Of a stretch of 40,066 bases of DNA, positions 35,078 through 40,066 are shown one piece after another. The stretch spans positions 133,430-173,495 of the forward strand of contig NW_005434572.1 of the NCBI RefSeq assembly GCF_000315625.1. Direction: 5' to 3'. The notes beneath the pieces are model-generated. The model worked only from the letters and a program-made list of their open reading frames with translations. It had not been told where the DNA came from and searched no databases. Each line of letters begins with the position of its first letter. Within the stretch, counting starts at the first letter, position 1. Position numbers and translations under genes: made by a program. This stretch comes from Guillardia theta CCMP2712. Taxonomy: Eukaryota; Protista; Cryptophyta.

Positions 35078-35608
35078 CTCCCCTTTGACATCTGCCGCTC
35101 CTCCTCCTTCTCTTGCTCACCCCGTCGCTTTCAACATCTCAGTCGTGTCCAGGAGCGATGCAAGAAAAGGAATGGCGACGTCAGCGATGAGAGCAGAGCA
35201 AGATCATGTTGTTGATGTTGGGTCAGAGTCAACTCTCGAGACGGATGAGCTCGTGTCAGGTCGGTTATGGTCAGACTTCTTGGTTGCAAAGTTAGCACTG
35301 GATCGTTTATTGTATCGTTGATTTCCTACTTTCTCTCCTCTCATCTCATCTCCTTTCCTCTCATCTTCTCTCATCTCCTCTCCTCTCCTCTAATCTTCTC
35401 TCATCTCCTCTCCTCTCCTCTCCTCTCATCTCATCTGAGCATTTGGTAAGAACAAGGTCACGATCTAACTCAACTTCAGCAGAAGATTATGTTGCAGAGT
35501 TAGTAAAAGGTAGATGAGCAGTGTAAACAAGTGAGACAAATGCTCAACTGATGCAATTGAATGCGACGATCACATTCCTTACAATCACCTTTCTCCGCGC
35601 CCAATCTC

Positions 35609-35630
35609 GTCATCATCATCATCATCATCA

Positions 35631-35665
<35 letters not shown>

Positions 35666-35881
35666 ATCATCATCATCATCATTATCATCGTCATCGTCAT
35701 AAAGTTGTTTCGTCATCATACAGAACAACCACCTAGCCTCTGAGATGAGCACAAAACAGATTAGAAGCAGCCGCAGGGGCAAGGGCAACAGAATCCGCAA
35801 GAGCAACAGCAGGAGGAGCAAAAGGAGTAGGGAAGGGGGCAGGGGCAGGGAGAGCAGGAGCAGGGGCAGGGAGAGCAGGGC

Positions 35882-35916
<35 letters not shown>

Positions 35917-36061
35917 CAGGAGCAAAAGGTGCAGGAGCGGGAGCGGGAGCAGGAGCGGGAGCAGGAGCGGGAGCAGGAGCGGGAGCAGGAGCAGGGGTAA
36001 GAGGAGCAGGAGCAGGAGCAGGGGCAGGAGGAGCAGGAGCAGGAGCAGGAGCAGGGGCAGG

Positions 36062-36094
<33 letters not shown>

Positions 36095-36142
36095 GGTAGG
36101 AGGAGCAGGAGCAGGAGCAGGAGCATCAGCATCGGCAGCATC
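35609..36142 (+). repeat. (CAT/CGT)n and (GCAGGA)n simple repeats
   Basis: CAT/CGT run at 35609-35700; AGGAGC hexamer array at ~35880-36125. Confidence 0.9.
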
Positions 36143-36412
36143 AGCTTGTATGATTCCTGGGATAACTCCGGTGGTGGTCGCTTCTACATTGCAGAGCAAT
36201 CTGTCTGAATGAGGGGTGGTTTTCAATACAATAGAGGGGGTGGGGTAGCCATCACCGCAATGGCTTGAGGGGAGGGGAGGGGGGTGATTGGAGGACAGAG
36301 GACAGAGGAGAGCAGGAGAGAGCAGAGGAGAGCAGGAGAGAGCAGGAGAGAGCAGAGGAGAGCAGGAGAGAGAGAGAGGAGAAGGGGAGAAAGAAGGAAG
36401 GAGGAGAGTGCA

Positions 36413-40066
<3,654 letters not shown>

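Overview
Gene-dense, intron-rich eukaryotic nuclear DNA. Short introns with a CTGAC-type branch point, weak GT/GC donors, GGA/CTC/CAGGAG simple repeats and an N-terminal LRGG protein suggest a cryptophyte such as Guillardia or Hanusia (inference from sequence style only). Four N-gaps are present. I spliced about 15 protein genes by hand. Recognisable ones are an NPSN-type Qb-SNARE, a VAMP7 longin R-SNARE, a compact lipin/PAH phosphatase, a PDZ+C2H2 protein, a SET1-type H3K4 methyltransferase, eIF3i and a CEP164-like multi-WW protein; the rest are hypothetical. The standout is one in-phase spliced gene (28653-31735) encoding two VAP-type MSP domains fused to a Rab1/Rab8-like GTPase that lacks a C-terminal prenylation motif. 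Other notable points: genes alternate strand strictly; most head-to-head intergenic regions carry a motif-dense island (TACCCC, TGTGAC-hairpin array, CTAGG, TAACGG, CCGG/GAGTC); the SET domain appears to contain a GA-AG intron; and eIF3i has a long, structured first intron. Exon boundaries are manual and unverified by transcripts.
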